A DNA stretch of 64,000 nt from the human T2T-CHM13v2.0 reference genome, Homo sapiens. Location of the stretch: the NCBI RefSeq assembly GCF_009914755.1, contig NC_060947.1; one strand, given 5' to 3'. A program made the position numbers and the translations under genes. Positions within the stretch are counted from its first letter, which is position 1. Each line of letters opens with the position of its first letter. Positions 35,994 through 49,489 of this stretch are shown piece after piece. The notes below the pieces were generated by a model that saw only the letters and a program-made list of their open reading frames with translations, did not search any database and had not been told where the DNA came from.

Positions 35994-38477
35994 AACTAGA
36001 TCTTTACCTATTATGGACTGACACACTATCCTCCCTATCCACCATTTGAACACTTTGCTCCACCTATGTCAGGGAAATTTGTTTAGTCTTTATTACCAGA
36101 CCTCGTTGACTTCAATTTTCTGCCTTCTTGGACCACCTATTAATGCCTGCTGCTTAAATTCTGCCAAAACCATAAATGCGGTCTTTTTTAAACCTCAGAA
36201 TTGCACAGAAAAAGCCAAATTGTTAAAATGACAAAATTGCAAAACTCAATGGTATGCGAAAGAACTAGTTGTCAGTGTTCTGGTTTTCACTCTGTTCATA
36301 TGAGAGAAATATACACATATGCAGTTTTGGTAGCTCACAATATTTATTTTTCTCATGGTATTAATTTCAGTAAGAAAGTTATTCTGTATTTATGCCATCA
36401 GACAAGTAAAACAAATTATAAATAATTTTGTCTTTTAAAATACGTATACTGTAGTAGGATAGCTTTTCAGAGGGCTTAAGAATAGAATCTGAAAAGAAAC
36501 TACATTCTTTCTATAATTCCACTTAAAACACTAGTTGACTGAAAGGAGTGGACCACAATAGATAGTTTATATTATTTGGCTATTGAAAACTTTGTTTAGG
36601 CTATACCTATATGGTCATTTTGAATTTCTTTAAGAAAAAGGGTGAAGAGGAATACTGACCCCAGTTGCCATGAGAAAGCATATCATCTTTGCCTTAGATA
36701 ATCATAAGTCACATATAATGTGACTCTTGCAATTAACTCTTTTGTAGAAATCTAGACATTTCCTAAAAGTGAGACACTAACCATTTGTTAAGTGGTACCA
36801 AACGAAGTTTCTAAAGTGTAGAGGTTACTTGAAAACAAAAAATCAGTGGGTTTGGTGAGCATTCACTTTGTGGTCCTCTGAAGGCTAGAAAATTTACTGC
36901 AGTAAATCATGGATTTATTAGTGTCTTTTCATTACTAACCGTAATGAGCTCCAAAATATACTTAAGGGCTCTATCCTCAAAGGTGTTTTTCTCTCAACTA
37001 GTTTGAAAACTCATTTCAGTTATACTTTTATAAAGTGTGGAGATGAAAGGCAGAGAAGAAGTAGGGACATCCTCATTGACTATAGAGTGACACAAGTGGT
37101 ATCATTTCCTCACCTCACGTAAACTGCTTCATTGATGAAGTGTTTTGGATTGTCTTGTATTTTTGCAAAGTGTTGCTGATCGATACTGGCTAAGAGCACA
37201 GATCCATAGCAATCAGTCTGCTGTGAGGCAATTATATATAATTGAAACATGTAATTCTCTAGCCTGCTTAGTATGAATGAAAACCAATACCATAATATCT
37301 TTGTTTAAAGTTTATTTAGTGCAATGGAAGTCTTAAATATCTAAGATCCATGCTCCTTCTAGGTTGAGTACTTTTTTTTCTTCAGCTTCCTTCTATAATT
37401 CCCCAAAGGTAGCTTTATTGTGTTATCAAATTCTAGCTAGCTTGCTTCATTGGAGTTTATGATTTTGAAGCAATAGCAATCAGAGGCAAAGTTGATGGTA
37501 TGGAAAGCTATAGCAAGAAACCTTTCCTTTTTTTCCTTTATAAAAAAAGCAAGGTACAGTTATTATTTTCAGTGCCAAGAAACTTTATTCAGAGAAAACT
37601 ATTTTTGTATTAGTTAGTGGAAATACCAAAAAAAGGAATGTTTAGTGTCTGAAGCTCAAGTTCTCCATATTTTATCAGGTAATATTCAAAGAGGAGCAGT
37701 TTGGTAAGCTGTAATGTTTCTTGGAAACTTTCATTGGAAATAAATTGGCATGGGGCTCAAGCCAGGTCAAGGAGTCTAGACTTAAATATAGAATTGTTTG
37801 TTTAAATCAGAGATTACAAATTTAAATGTATTTAAGAACTAAGCAGGTAACATAAATTCATAAGGAAACTAGAAATGGGACATTTAGTAATGGCAGGGTG
37901 GGCTAGAGAATGTATCCCTCTTTTAAATAAATTTATTTGAGTTTGTGATAGTGTTTTAATGGATTTTACAACAGCATATCTATCCTCACATGGCAGCTCG
38001 TTAGACTATGGTAATAAAGAACCAAACTAGTAGGATATTAAATCATATTAAATCCTATGAGAAATCCTATAGTCAAGCTTTTAAACCAAGAGTTTCCCAA
38101 ATGTGACGTAAGGACACTCCTGTCTTAATATCAGTCTCTCACCCCCTTTATAAGTGTCGGTGCGTGACAAACACACAATGTCTATATAATTCTTGAAGGG
38201 TTTTAATGATCTATGGAGAACAGTTTGGTAAATACTATTTTTAGGGAAATCTACTTAAAACAGCCATAAAAAGCCAGACAGTCAGTAACCTCTCTTAGAT
38301 GGTATATAATAGGTCTTTTATCTCTGACTATACATATTCTGAAATACTAAGTACTTGGGTATAAACCCTTATGTATCTTAAAGCCAATTCAAAATAGAGG
38401 CTTGCAAGTTGAAATTAGTCCCCAGACAAGATGACACTTTTTGACTTCATACTCTTTCTCATCAGCTAAAGTGGATG

Positions 38478-38796
38478 TAATTCATTGTTTAGGGAATAGG
38501 CTAAGCTGTTACAATAAAGAGTCCAAAACAAGAGTAGGTTCCATCACGAAAGAAGTAACTTTCTGTCTCTCAGAACAGTCCAAGGCAGACCAGGGCAAGT
38601 AGCTTTGTCCTTAAGAAGACTCATGAGCTGCACGCTGCACTTCTACACACATCCCATTGTCCAGAACTTAGTAAGGTGGGCATGCCTAACTGCAGAGAGG
38701 CTGAGGAATATAGTTTCTAGCTGAGTAGTCATGTTCCCAGCTGAAACTAAGAAGAAAAGAATGAGTACTAGGAGACATTTAGGAATCTCTGTCATA
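38478..38796 (-). mobile_element. Old MaLR LTR (MLT1I/J-like)
   Basis: ggctaagctgttacaataaag ... cacatcccattgtccagaacttagt...cctaactgcagagaggctgagg. Confidence 0.7.
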
Positions 38797-38923
38797 CCTA
38801 GGAAATAATTATGGTCATGGTACAGTGTACTAAAACATAGAAGATAAAATTTCTAGGTAAATAATTCAATTAAAATCCAGTGAATACCTATAAAAAACAA
38901 ATCATTTGGTAATTTAATGAGAA

Positions 38924-39265
38924 CAGAAGCTCCCTAACTTACAATGATTCAGTTATGGTTTTTTGAGTTTACAATGGTGTGAAAATGATATGCATTCAGT
39001 GAAAAAATACTTAAAATTGTGGATTTTGATCTTTTCCCAGGCTAGTGATATGTCATACCGTAATTTCTTGTGATACTAGGCATCTGTGTAATTATGAGGG
39101 TAAGCAACACATACTCTGTAGTGTGCTGTGTTGCCAGATGATTTTGCCCAACTGTAAGCTAATGTGAGTGTTCTGAGCATGTTTAAGATAGGCTGAATTT
39201 TCAACTTAACGATATTTTCTACTTACAATGGGTTTATCAGGACATCAGAAGTCAAGGAGCATCTG
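38924..39265 (-). mobile_element. Tigger-family MITE, MER47B-like
   Basis: Terminal inverted repeats cagaagctccctaactt / aagtcaaggagcatctg followed by TA. Confidence 0.8.
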
Positions 39266-39732
39266 TACAATGATAAAGGCAAGTATATTTACTGAATAGG
39301 CAAGACTGCATGCTTTCTCTGTTGCACTGATAGCCACTTAGCCTGAAAAAATTGCTAGTGAATGTTTATATTTATTCAACATTAATATATTAGGAACTTT
39401 TGCTGTATCAGGCACTGTGTAAGTTATTAGACATGCCATGATGTGTATACATGGCTACTGCCCTGGAGATTATAGTATAGTGAGGAAATAGGGTGTTGGA
39501 TAATCCCAGAATTTTAGAAGTAGGCATTTTATTTTTTCTTATAAAAAGTGAAATAGCATAAAGAACTTTTTTAGAAAAGAAAGTCGTACTCTTGGCATGC
39601 AATTCTAGTTAAATATGTTTTCAAGTTTTTCATTGTCCCTAAAGGAATAGATGTATTTTTTAAAGCAATAATGCTTCTATTTTTTTCAAGTCTCCATAGC
39701 AACAAAAAAATCTGAAGAAGAACGACAGAATA

Positions 39733-40075
39733 CAGTCAGCCCTCTGTATCCAGGGGTTCCATATCTGCAGATTCAACCAACTACAGATCAAAAGTATTCA
39801 AAAAACCCAATAAAAATATCCGTACAAAAATAAAATAATACAAATTAGAAAAAATGTAGTACAACAACTATATACATAATATTTACATTGTATTACATTG
39901 TATCAGGTATAATAAGAATCTAGAGATGATTTAAAGTATATGAGAGGATGTGCATAGACTGTATGCAAATACTATGCTACTATGCCATTTTAGCTAAAGA
40001 ACTTGAGCCTCCATGGATTGTGGTATCCTCAGAGGGTTCTGGAACAAATCCCACTTGGAAACCAGGGGACAGCTG
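39733..40075 (-). mobile_element. MER2 (Tigger family)
   Basis: TA-cagtcagccctctgtatcc ... ggaaaccaggggacagctg-TA. Confidence 0.9.
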
Positions 40076-40159
40076 TATATGATTTGTTAACAGAAGACAA
40101 CTGTAAATGAAAGTGATATGCGATAGTGCCACTTTTCACATTTCCATGATTCTGTAATG

Positions 40160-40358
40160 CAACATAGTACAAGACCAGTCTGAGAGTCAGGAAAACTAGT
40201 TCTGGTCTTGTCTCTATTGCTTCAGTTTTATAATTTGTAAAATGGGGATAATGAAACTTTTTCCACCTATTTTTTATACTGTGAGGTTCAAATAAGTTAA
40301 TATATGTGAAAATACTTTACAACTCCTAAAATAATGTTCATTTATTAGTATTATTGCT
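40160..40358 (+). mobile_element. MIR
   Basis: cttcagttttataatttgtaaaatggggataat...gtgaggttcaaataag. Confidence 0.75.
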
Positions 40359-40469
40359 GTACCAAATTATGAATGATGTCAGGACATCTGGTATCCTTAT
40401 CATAGAAAGCACTTTGGTTCTAATTTCTAAATTATGTTCCTTTATTCACAGTTTATATGTAAGGAATAG

Positions 40470-40810
40470 AGGGCAGGGAAATAGATAAAGTTGAAGGTGA
40501 GGCAGAGATTATGTAGGCCATGGCAATGAATTTGAATATATTTCAAGTGCAGTGTTAAACCATTAAAAGGTTTGAAACAGAAAAGTAGTGTGATATGAGT
40601 TGCTCTTTGAAAAGATTTACTCTGGCTACTTTGTAGAGAATAAACTTTAGGAGGCAAAATTAAAGGCAGTAAAAAGACTATTGGGAGACTTTTACAGTGG
40701 TCCAAGCAAAAAAGTATGATTTGGGCTAGGGTAGTGGCTGTAGGGATGGAGTGGATAGGATAAATTTGAGAAATGTTGGAGGTAGAGCTGATGGGATTAG
40801 CTAGTAATGA
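40470..40810 (-). mobile_element. L2 LINE fragment
   Basis: aaagatttactctggctactttgtagagaata; ggtagtggctgtagggatgga. Confidence 0.75.
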
Positions 40811-40898
40811 CTCTATAAGCAAAATATTACTAAGTAGCATGTGTGATTAGATTGAACTTGGTACTGGGTCTTCTGTCTTTGATATGTGCCATGTACGG

Positions 40899-41227
40899 TT
40901 TTTGTTTGTTTGTTTCCAAGATGGAGTCTTGCTCTGTCACCTAGGCTGGCTCACTGTAACCTCCAGCTCTTGAGTTTAAGCAATTCTCCTGCCTCAGCCT
41001 CTGGAGGAGCTGGGATTACAAGTGCGCACCACCACACCCAGCTTTTTTTTTTTTTTTTTTTTTTTTTTGAGACAGAGACGCCCGGCTAATTTATTTTTAT
41101 ATTTTTACTAGAGACGGGTTTTCACCATGTTGGCCAGCCAGGCTGGTCTCAAACTCCTGACCTCGTGATCCGCCCACCTCGGCCTCCCAAAGTGCAGGAA
41201 TTACAGGTGTGAGCCATCACGCCCAGC
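40899..41227 (-). mobile_element. AluS (Sg/Sc-like) with an internal deletion and a nested mini-insertion
   Basis: Both arms present; ctgacctcgtgatccg diagnostic; TSD tgccatg(t/c)ac(g/t)gtttt at 40887-40902 and 41228-41243. Confidence 0.93.
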
Positions 41228-41509
41228 TGCCATGCACTGTTTTATACAAACAATTTATTGATGTCATACAGCCCACAAATTAGTGGAATGTTATAGGGAA
41301 TTTGCTTCAGAGACCATTTCTTTGATTAAATGAAAATAGGGGGATTTATGTGGCTGACAGGTTATCAGGAAATTCTGATTAGCCAGCATTGGCAGTCAGA
41401 ATTAGCAAGTTTAAGGTAAATATTTTATTATAAAAATATAGAAATACAATTTTTAACCAAAATATTTGCCAAAAGAATAATTTCAAGGTTAAACTAACTT
41501 CCATGAGCG

Positions 41510-42640
41510 GATGTGGGAAAGCAAAGTCTCAAGGATTAAATCTGGTTTTGGTTTGGGCTCCTAAGTAAATGGAACAAATTATGAGGTTATGTAAGACTTA
41601 GGCAGTAACTGGCTTGGGAGAGAGAATGAAAAGTTCTGTTTTGGATATACTGAGTTTGAGATGCCTGTTGGATACTCTAACCTGTGGAAGTCCTAAATAA
41701 GTAGTTAAAAATATAACAGAATTCCAGACATGAGGTCGTGGCAAAAAAATAGGACAATTGGTTTTGGATATGTGGTGATTGAGATGCCTGTTCTACATCC
41801 AAATATCAATTCCTTGTAGGAAGTTGAACGTATGTGTTTGAAGCTTGAGAACTTTGATTAAAAAAGATAGATTTGAAAGTCCTCAGTATATCTATGGCAA
41901 TTAAAAAAACAGACAAGATTGCCCATCATCTGAAAATGTAGTGAAAATATAAAAAAGCACTTCCAGCACAGAATCCTAAGGAATACCAGGAGAAGAAAGA
42001 GGAAGACAATCCCTGGTGAGAAAGGTAACAGGAAAAGAGTATTTCTAGGAATAAAGATTTTGTCAATAATATCAAATGCTTCTGATAGGACAAGTATGAT
42101 AATGTCTGAGGAATATCCATTGGATTTAATACAAGGAGCTTCTTGGTGAGAGGCGTTTTGGTGAATTACTGGGGGTTGAAACCAAATTTTGTTGAGATGG
42201 GTACTGAGTGTAGATTAGAAATGGGGATAGCAACTGTAAATGGTTCTTATAAGAAGTTTTACTGTAACCTGGAAGGGAGAAATAAGGTAGTAATTTGAGA
42301 GGGGTAGGGAGTTAGGTTTGTTAGATAGGAGAAATTGAGCTTAGTTAAATGCTGATGGGAAGGATTTAGTAGATAGAATCTGAAGATAAAAAAGAGGAAA
42401 AGGAACAATCTTAAATTTTCTTCTGAGCAAAGGAGAGGTGATGGGATACAAAGCATGAATGAGATTTTAGCCTTAGGCAGACCAAAGGTACCTCTTTCAT
42501 TGTAATAGGAAGGCGGAAGAGAAGAATGAATGTGATTGCAAAAAAAGTTGCGAAAATAGTGATCAGAAAATAAAGTTTCTATTTTACGTGAAATGGAAAG
42601 CACATTAACCTACTAAGAGTGAATGGTGATGTAGCATGGT
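41510..42640 (-). mobile_element. L2 LINE fragments
   Basis: gttttggatatactgagtttgagatgcctgtt; tatccattggatttaatacaagg. Confidence 0.7.
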
Positions 42641-42927
42641 CAGTAATGAAAGAGAGAAAGAGAAAGGGAAATGGCTTAGCACAGTCCTGTCTTTGGTCTC
42701 ACTCATTTCTACTTTTCCTACTCTTGAACTGTCTTCTCAAACTTATGGGTGGCAAGCAATACCTCTAGTAATTGTATTTTAATCTTCAAATTACATAGCC
42801 TTGGCAATTTTTTTCTTTCTTTCTGATTAAGTTGTGAGAGGCTGATTCATGAGTTGCTAGCCAGGAGTTGCTAGTCGGGAGCTACTAGCTGTTGAGTCCT
42901 TAGATGCCATTTTGAAACTTTTTCTGA

Positions 42928-43413
<486 letters not shown>

Positions 43414-44065
43414 TAATATATTATCAACTCCTGTTTGTTTCTGCATTTCTCTTTCCTCTGCTCCCCCTGTAAGAGAGACAGAATCTCAATGGTTAATCAA
43501 TCACTTTGCCTAACCCTAGGAGACACTTCTGATGTTCTCAAATATTGTGTAGCTCTTTTCTATAGTATTTAGTTTAGTGCCATAGAGTAGTGATATTTCA
43601 GTTGTTCTAAAATCCACTTTCATTGTAGCTCCAGCGAGTCATTAAGTGGACCGATCAATTCTTGGATAACTCAGGCTCCTTAGCACAGTGCGATCATGTG
43701 TTAATCTTTACCTCACTCTATTATTTTCAACAATTCCTGATACAAGATTATCTTTAGAAGTTGTTGCTAAATTCCATTTTCCATTCACTTATTTTCTTCT
43801 GCATGTGGTATATCTGTTCTTTCTCTCCATTTAGTCCTCTCTAGTTTGTTCTCTCCTTCTTATATCTAAGTTTGGACAGCTTTTGCATATGAAGTCCATC
43901 AAATTTTTCTGCTACCACAACATTTTGAATGATTTTTCTATTCTGATGTGTCTTTCCTGTCTTCTTTGTATTCCATGGATATCTGTGTCATAGGTAAGCT
44001 TATATGCTAATTAATTAAGGTCAGTAATCCCTTAAGAAATCTTCCTGAACATTTATCTCAAATAT

Positions 44066-44560
44066 ATTGTACTAATCAGGATGCTGTGGTTAAAGAAACA
44101 ATAAACCAATTCAAGGTAGTTTAAGTCAAAAAAATTTTAATTGGCTCACATAATTGGGTAGCCTAAGGGTAAATACCAGTTACTACTGTATCTGGGGCAC
44201 TAATTCTCTCTGTGTATCAACATAATTTTAGGAGAGGCTGTTTCCATGTGGCAAGAAAGACGGCTACAGCCAGTCCTAAGCCTACAACTTTATAATTTGT
44301 AATTCATAAACAGTTTCTCTCACTCCCAATGTGAACATTGAAAAGTTATGGTAGAACTCTTATTACTCATTCTTGAATCACAGGCCTGTGTCTTGGATAG
44401 GGAATAAGATGTCATGATTGGCAGAGCCTGGGTCACATGTATCAATATATTCAGGGAAAGGTCAGGTGCTATGGGTAAACAGTCCCACTAGAACCATTTA
44501 TAGTGTGAGTGATATGGCTACTCCAAGGAAAGAATGCTGGCAGATAAAATTAACATATCT
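44066..44560 (-). mobile_element. Old MaLR LTR (MLT1K/L-like)
   Basis: tgtactaatcaggatgctgtgg...aaaccaattcaagg; tgattggcagagcctgggtcacatg. Confidence 0.6.
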
Positions 44561-44679
44561 ATGAGAATTATGCTATTTACTCATATTTGCCATATTACTC
44601 TCCTTAAGAAGAAATTTTAACTTAAAAAATGGCAGTTACTCTGATAGTCCCTTAAGACAGAAATCTGAGGGTGTTTTCA

Positions 44680-44937
44680 AAATTTTATTGAACAACTTAT
44701 ATAGTGTTTACTATGTACACAACACTAATTTTAGTATTTTATAAAATTTAATCCATTAATCCTCAAAACAGCCTACGAAGTAGGCACTATAATTATGCAT
44801 ATTTTACAGGTGAAAAATCTGAAGCATAAAGGGTTTGAGCACCGTGACCAATGCCACATAGTCAGTTAATAGAAAATCCTAAAATCTGAACCCAGGCTGT
44901 CTGGCCCAGTGTCCATGTGCTTAACCATTTCATGCTA
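44680..44937 (-). mobile_element. MIR
   Basis: attttacaggtgaaaaatctgaagca...tgaacccaggctgtctggc...cttaacca. Confidence 0.85.
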
Positions 44938-45113
44938 CATATTATGCTTGCTCTTTGATATCTCCCACCTGCCTCATCTAATTTGGTCATAAACTGCTGT
45001 TGAGTATAGCTACATCATTAATAAGATGGCTCTATCCCATCTTCTATATCTCTACATCCACTGTTGTCATTCTATTCTTCAGTCCCTGGTTCCTACCTCA
45101 TGGGTTGTTTATG

Positions 45114-45115
<2 letters not shown>

Positions 45116-45176
<61 letters not shown>
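45116..45176. repeat. Perfect (TG)~30 microsatellite
   Basis: Directly visible. Confidence 0.98.
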
Positions 45177-45177
<1 letters not shown>

Positions 45178-45514
45178 TGGCCTAAAAAATATTATAGCAT
45201 TTTAATTAATCTTTTTTCTTTGAGTTTATTTCTTTGCAATATGTTTTCCAACTTCCTCTAGGGCAGGATTTCTAAAATATAAGTCTAATCATGTTGGTTC
45301 CCTGATTAAAAGCTTTCATTTCCCAAAGTTTTAAAGTTAAAATCTAAATTTTAAACCAATTCTACTAAGCCCTATATGACCTAGCTTTTTCTGATTTTCA
45401 AATACTCTTTCCAGTCCCTCACTTTTGCCAGATTTTTCATATACATCTGCTGCCACTTTCCCACTTACGTCTCATATATCACCCCCATTATCTAGCTCTG
45501 TGACCTTTGGAGAA

Positions 45515-45874
45515 TGCTAGGATCTGAATGTTTGTTTCCCCCCAAAATACATGTGTTGAAACCTAATCACCATGTGATGATGTTAGGAGGTGGGACCGAG
45601 AGAGGTGATTGGGTCTGAGGGCAGATCTCCAATGGATGAGATTAGTGCCCTTTCAAAACAGACCCCGGAGAGGTGCTTTGCCTTTTCCACCATAAGAAGA
45701 CACAGAGAGAAGATGCCATCTATGAATCTGGAGACAGGTCCTCACCAGACACTGAATCTGCTGACACTTTGATCTTAAACTTCCCAGCTTCCAGAACCGC
45801 GAGAAATCAATTGCTGTTGTTTCTAAACTACCCGTTCCATGGTATTTTGTTACAACAGTGCAAATAGACTAAGA
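45515..45874 (+). mobile_element. MLT1A-like solo LTR inserted in a MIR (MIR about 45490-45960)
   Basis: tgctaggatctgaatgtttg ... caaatagactaaga; MIR core tagctctgtgacctttgg is split and resumes at acttaatctctg. Confidence 0.9.
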
Positions 45875-46871
45875 GAATCAACTTAATCTCTGATCAACTG
45901 TTTCCTCAACTCTAAAATGTTGGGATTAGACTAGAATAGCCCTGTGTAACTCTTTAGTCCTTAAAAAAAATGTGATCCTGATTATTTACTTATAAACTCT
46001 TTCACTGTGATGTATTTAGCTGTCTAGATCCTTCATATGCATCTTCAATAAGTTCCTGGGTATAAATTTTAGCTATGCCCTTGGAGGGATAAAATATCTT
46101 AATAGTTTTTTTTTCCACTTTGAGACTAATAAAGAAAATTCAAGGGAAATTCAATGCACACGTTTATTTTTTACACTAATTATTTAAGTGCTCTTTTATC
46201 AGTCTATGTCTAATCTCACCAATTATATAAGCTTTGAAAAAAGCTGTTTTCAAAGCATCTACAAACCCTTAATTCAGAGATTAGAATCCAATTTAAAATT
46301 CAGAATTTGCAAGGTTGAATGACTTATCCAAATAAATTAATTTTCATGATTATTTTCAATATCATCTTCAGTTAAACTGTGTTCATTTCTTCTGGTAACA
46401 TCTACAGTGATCCCTTTCTTTTAGCCAACCGCAAATGCTAATTAACTCTAAAGGGCTGAAGTTTGTTTCTTGTCCTTTTCAGAGTTAGTGTTTTCCAAGT
46501 CACTGTTGGAGAAGCAACATGAACTCAATGGCTAGTTGTTTGTACAGAGGAAAAGCAAATATGCTAATGAACTCTGTATATAGCTAGTGCAAGCATATTT
46601 TGAATCTCCATTCAGTTTTATTTATGATTTTTCTTCAAAGGATCTTGCTTTACTTGTGGAGTTTTTACAAGATTGAGGACTGAGAAGGGGCCACCAAGCA
46701 AGCTTCGGAAATGGGATTGCTTGCTTTTGTTGAATGCAAGACAAATTGATCTCTAATACTGTAATGCAAGATGTTCTTGAACAGAATTAGAGACTATGGG
46801 GAAAGAAGAAAAGGTAGAAATGATTTATTTTCTCTTGCCTCTTCTTGCTCCCATATTTGGATGTTTACCCT

Positions 46872-47115
46872 TGGTGGCATAGACTTTGGAAGCACGCTGA
46901 TTAGAGTATGCCTCCTGACTCAGCTATTTCTTAGCTGTGACTTTGGAAAAAGTCCTTTAACCTCTTTAAGTCTCAGTTTTCTCGCAGTCAAGTGGGGATA
47001 ATGAAAGTGCTTATCTATAGGGTTAAAATAAAGATCAGGTGACATAATGCATGTTAAGCGATGGACATAAAGTAAGCAATCAATAAATCTTAGCATCTGT
47101 TGTTATTGTTATTAT
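46872..47115 (+). mobile_element. MIR
   Basis: tagctgtgactttgg...tctcagttttctc...ggggataatga...caataaat. Confidence 0.85.
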
Positions 47116-47641
47116 TAAATATTGCTTAAATTCACTACACAGCAAATTTAATCCAAAGTTACTTTTGAAATATTTGTTCTCTTTTTAAATGTTCTTACTT
47201 GGCAGTTTCCTACCTCACTTCCCTCTTTTGCCTATTTCCCTGACACAGATTTTTTTAATCTTTCCCATTGCATGAGTGACTCAACTCTTTCCAAACTTGC
47301 CTTCCCAGTTAGCAAAGCAAAGACCCCGTAGTTTACCTAATCCGACCCTCTTAGAAAGCATCTCAGCAAACATTCAATAATACTTCAAGTGTGACCCTTG
47401 TGGGGTCTTGCCCTTTCATCTTGTGTTGTTTATCTGGACCTTTCATTCCTATACCCACCTCACTCCCCACCCTGCCTCTGTTCCTTCATCCAATAAGTAG
47501 GTCTCTTGCTAAAAATGGTTTTCTGCTACTAAGAAAAATATTATTTTTTTCCAGTGGTGCAAATATTATTCTCAACAGGCAGAGGATTCAGATATATCAT
47601 ATATATATATTCTAAGTAATTTCATTATTTGATAGTACCTT

Positions 47642-48262
47642 TGAAAGAGGAGAGTTCCCTGATCCCACTTGCAGGATGTGTGACAGGGGTGTGGCTGGTG
47701 TGTTTGGTCCCCAGTGATGCTCAAATCCCTGACAGGAGGGGGAGCCTGAAGACAGGCAGGTGTAGGAGCTGGGGTGAGAGCTTTAGGCTTGGGCCCCATG
47801 GTAGTGTCTAAGGGTGGGTAGCTGCAGCCCCAGTGTTACTATCCTCTTTTAGCTTTGTCTTCTGCAGATGGCTTAAGCGTTAACCAGCTCAATGGACTCT
47901 CTGCTGTTTTGCAAGGGCAGAGGGCCAGTGTGACATCTTTCTGTATCCCAAGCTCTTGCCCAGCATCCCAGAAGAATCAGGTCACACATAGGCTTGAAGG
48001 ATAAATGCGGGGTTTTATTGAGTGGTGGAGGTGGCTCTCAGCTGGATGGATGCAGAGCTGGAAGGGAGATGGAGTGGCTGGGGTTTGGGGTTTATATGGG
48101 TACAGGATAGGGGACCATGGTGGGCCGAAAGGCAACTTTCTGGGCAAAAAACAGAAATGCCTGTTCCCACTTAGGGCCATGGGTCTCCAGGCTTGAGGGT
48201 GGGGCCCTTACTAGGAAACCACCCTTTTTTACCTGGTATTTCCCTGTGTCCTGTCCATATCA
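47642..48262 (-). mobile_element. ERV1 solo LTR, MER50-like
   Basis: Antisense begins tgatatggacaggacacagggaaatacc and ends cagggaactctcctctttca; near-TSD cctt/cctg. Confidence 0.82.
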
Positions 48263-48444
48263 CCTGTAAGTCTCTGATCATACACCAGGAGAGGGCTTTT
48301 AGTTCTGGAGTAATGTGGTAAAAGAAGGTTAGTTTATGGCTTCCTAAGGTGACTTTTGATGGTTTAAATTTCTGTGCTCTGAAGCTTTACAGATGTTGCT
48401 TGGGTGTAAGATATACCTCTCTGTATGGTACTTTTGTAGTTTAA

Positions 48445-48665
48445 GCAATGTGGCATATTGGAAAAAGCCATACCTGAATCACATCTGGCTCAGATGCTTA
48501 AAGGCTCTATGATATGGAGCAAATGTCTTAACTCATCTGAACCTCAGTACTGTCACTAGTGAAATGGAGATAAAAGCATATAACACATAAACTGATTTGG
48601 GGGATTAAATGCACTACAAAACTAAAGTATCTGGTACATAATGCACATAAGTGTTTATATAGTTA
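48445..48665 (+). mobile_element. MIR
   Basis: cttaactcatctgaacctcag...gtgaaatggagata...ggattaaatg. Confidence 0.7.
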
Positions 48666-49159
48666 TTTGTGTGTGTAACTGTTTAAAAATTTTGGTTACA
48701 GGTAATATGCAGAAACATGGCCCAACATGATGTGCAATAAATATCTGAGTATATGTGCTTCTAGAAGTTTTCTCCAAACCCACATTCTCAGAGATTAATT
48801 AGTTCACTCCCAAAATGCTTATCAAGTTATGTTCTCAAAATATTATTTTTTTCCTAAGTGGATCTCTGCAGTTAGCTGTTTATGCCTAAATCCTTCATTA
48901 GAACTCTTTTTATGCCAGCATGTATTTTAAAGCACCATAACTTGCATATAGCAGTCACATGATAGAAAAACATCTATACAGTAGAATATTATGCAACCAT
49001 TAAAATTAATGTAGAAGAATAATTATTGATGTGAATAGATATTCATAATATATTATTGAGGAAAAAGCAGATTGCAGAGTCAAAGATTATAGAATTACAT
49101 CATTATTACTCTACTTCAAAAACTCTCTCTCTCTATATATAGACATGAAGGTTAATATA

Positions 49160-49489
49160 TAGTTGTCCCTCAGTATCCATGGGAGATTGGTTCCAGGACC
49201 CCCAACAAGATACTAAAATCTGCAGATGCACAAGTCTTTTTTATAAAATGGCACAGTATCTGTATATAGCCTACATACATCCTTGATTGATTTATACTTT
49301 AAATAATTTCTAGATTACCTATATATATCACAATGTAAATGCCAAGCAAATAATTGCTATAGTCAATTGGTTTTATTTATATTATTTTTAATTGTTATAT
49401 TATTTTTATTGTAGTTTTTAAAAAATGTTTTTGACCTGTGGTTGGTCGAATCCACAGATGCAGAACTTATGAATACAGAGGGCTGACTG
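49160..49489 (+). mobile_element. MER2 inserted in an old L1ME 3' end (about 48960-49635)
   Basis: agttgtccctcagtatccatgggagattggttccaggacccc ... gaatacagagggctgactg-TA. Confidence 0.92.

Noticed and set aside
41625-41840. Apparent ~125-bp internal repeat in L2
   Set aside because: Too diverged to distinguish a duplication from two adjacent L2 fragments
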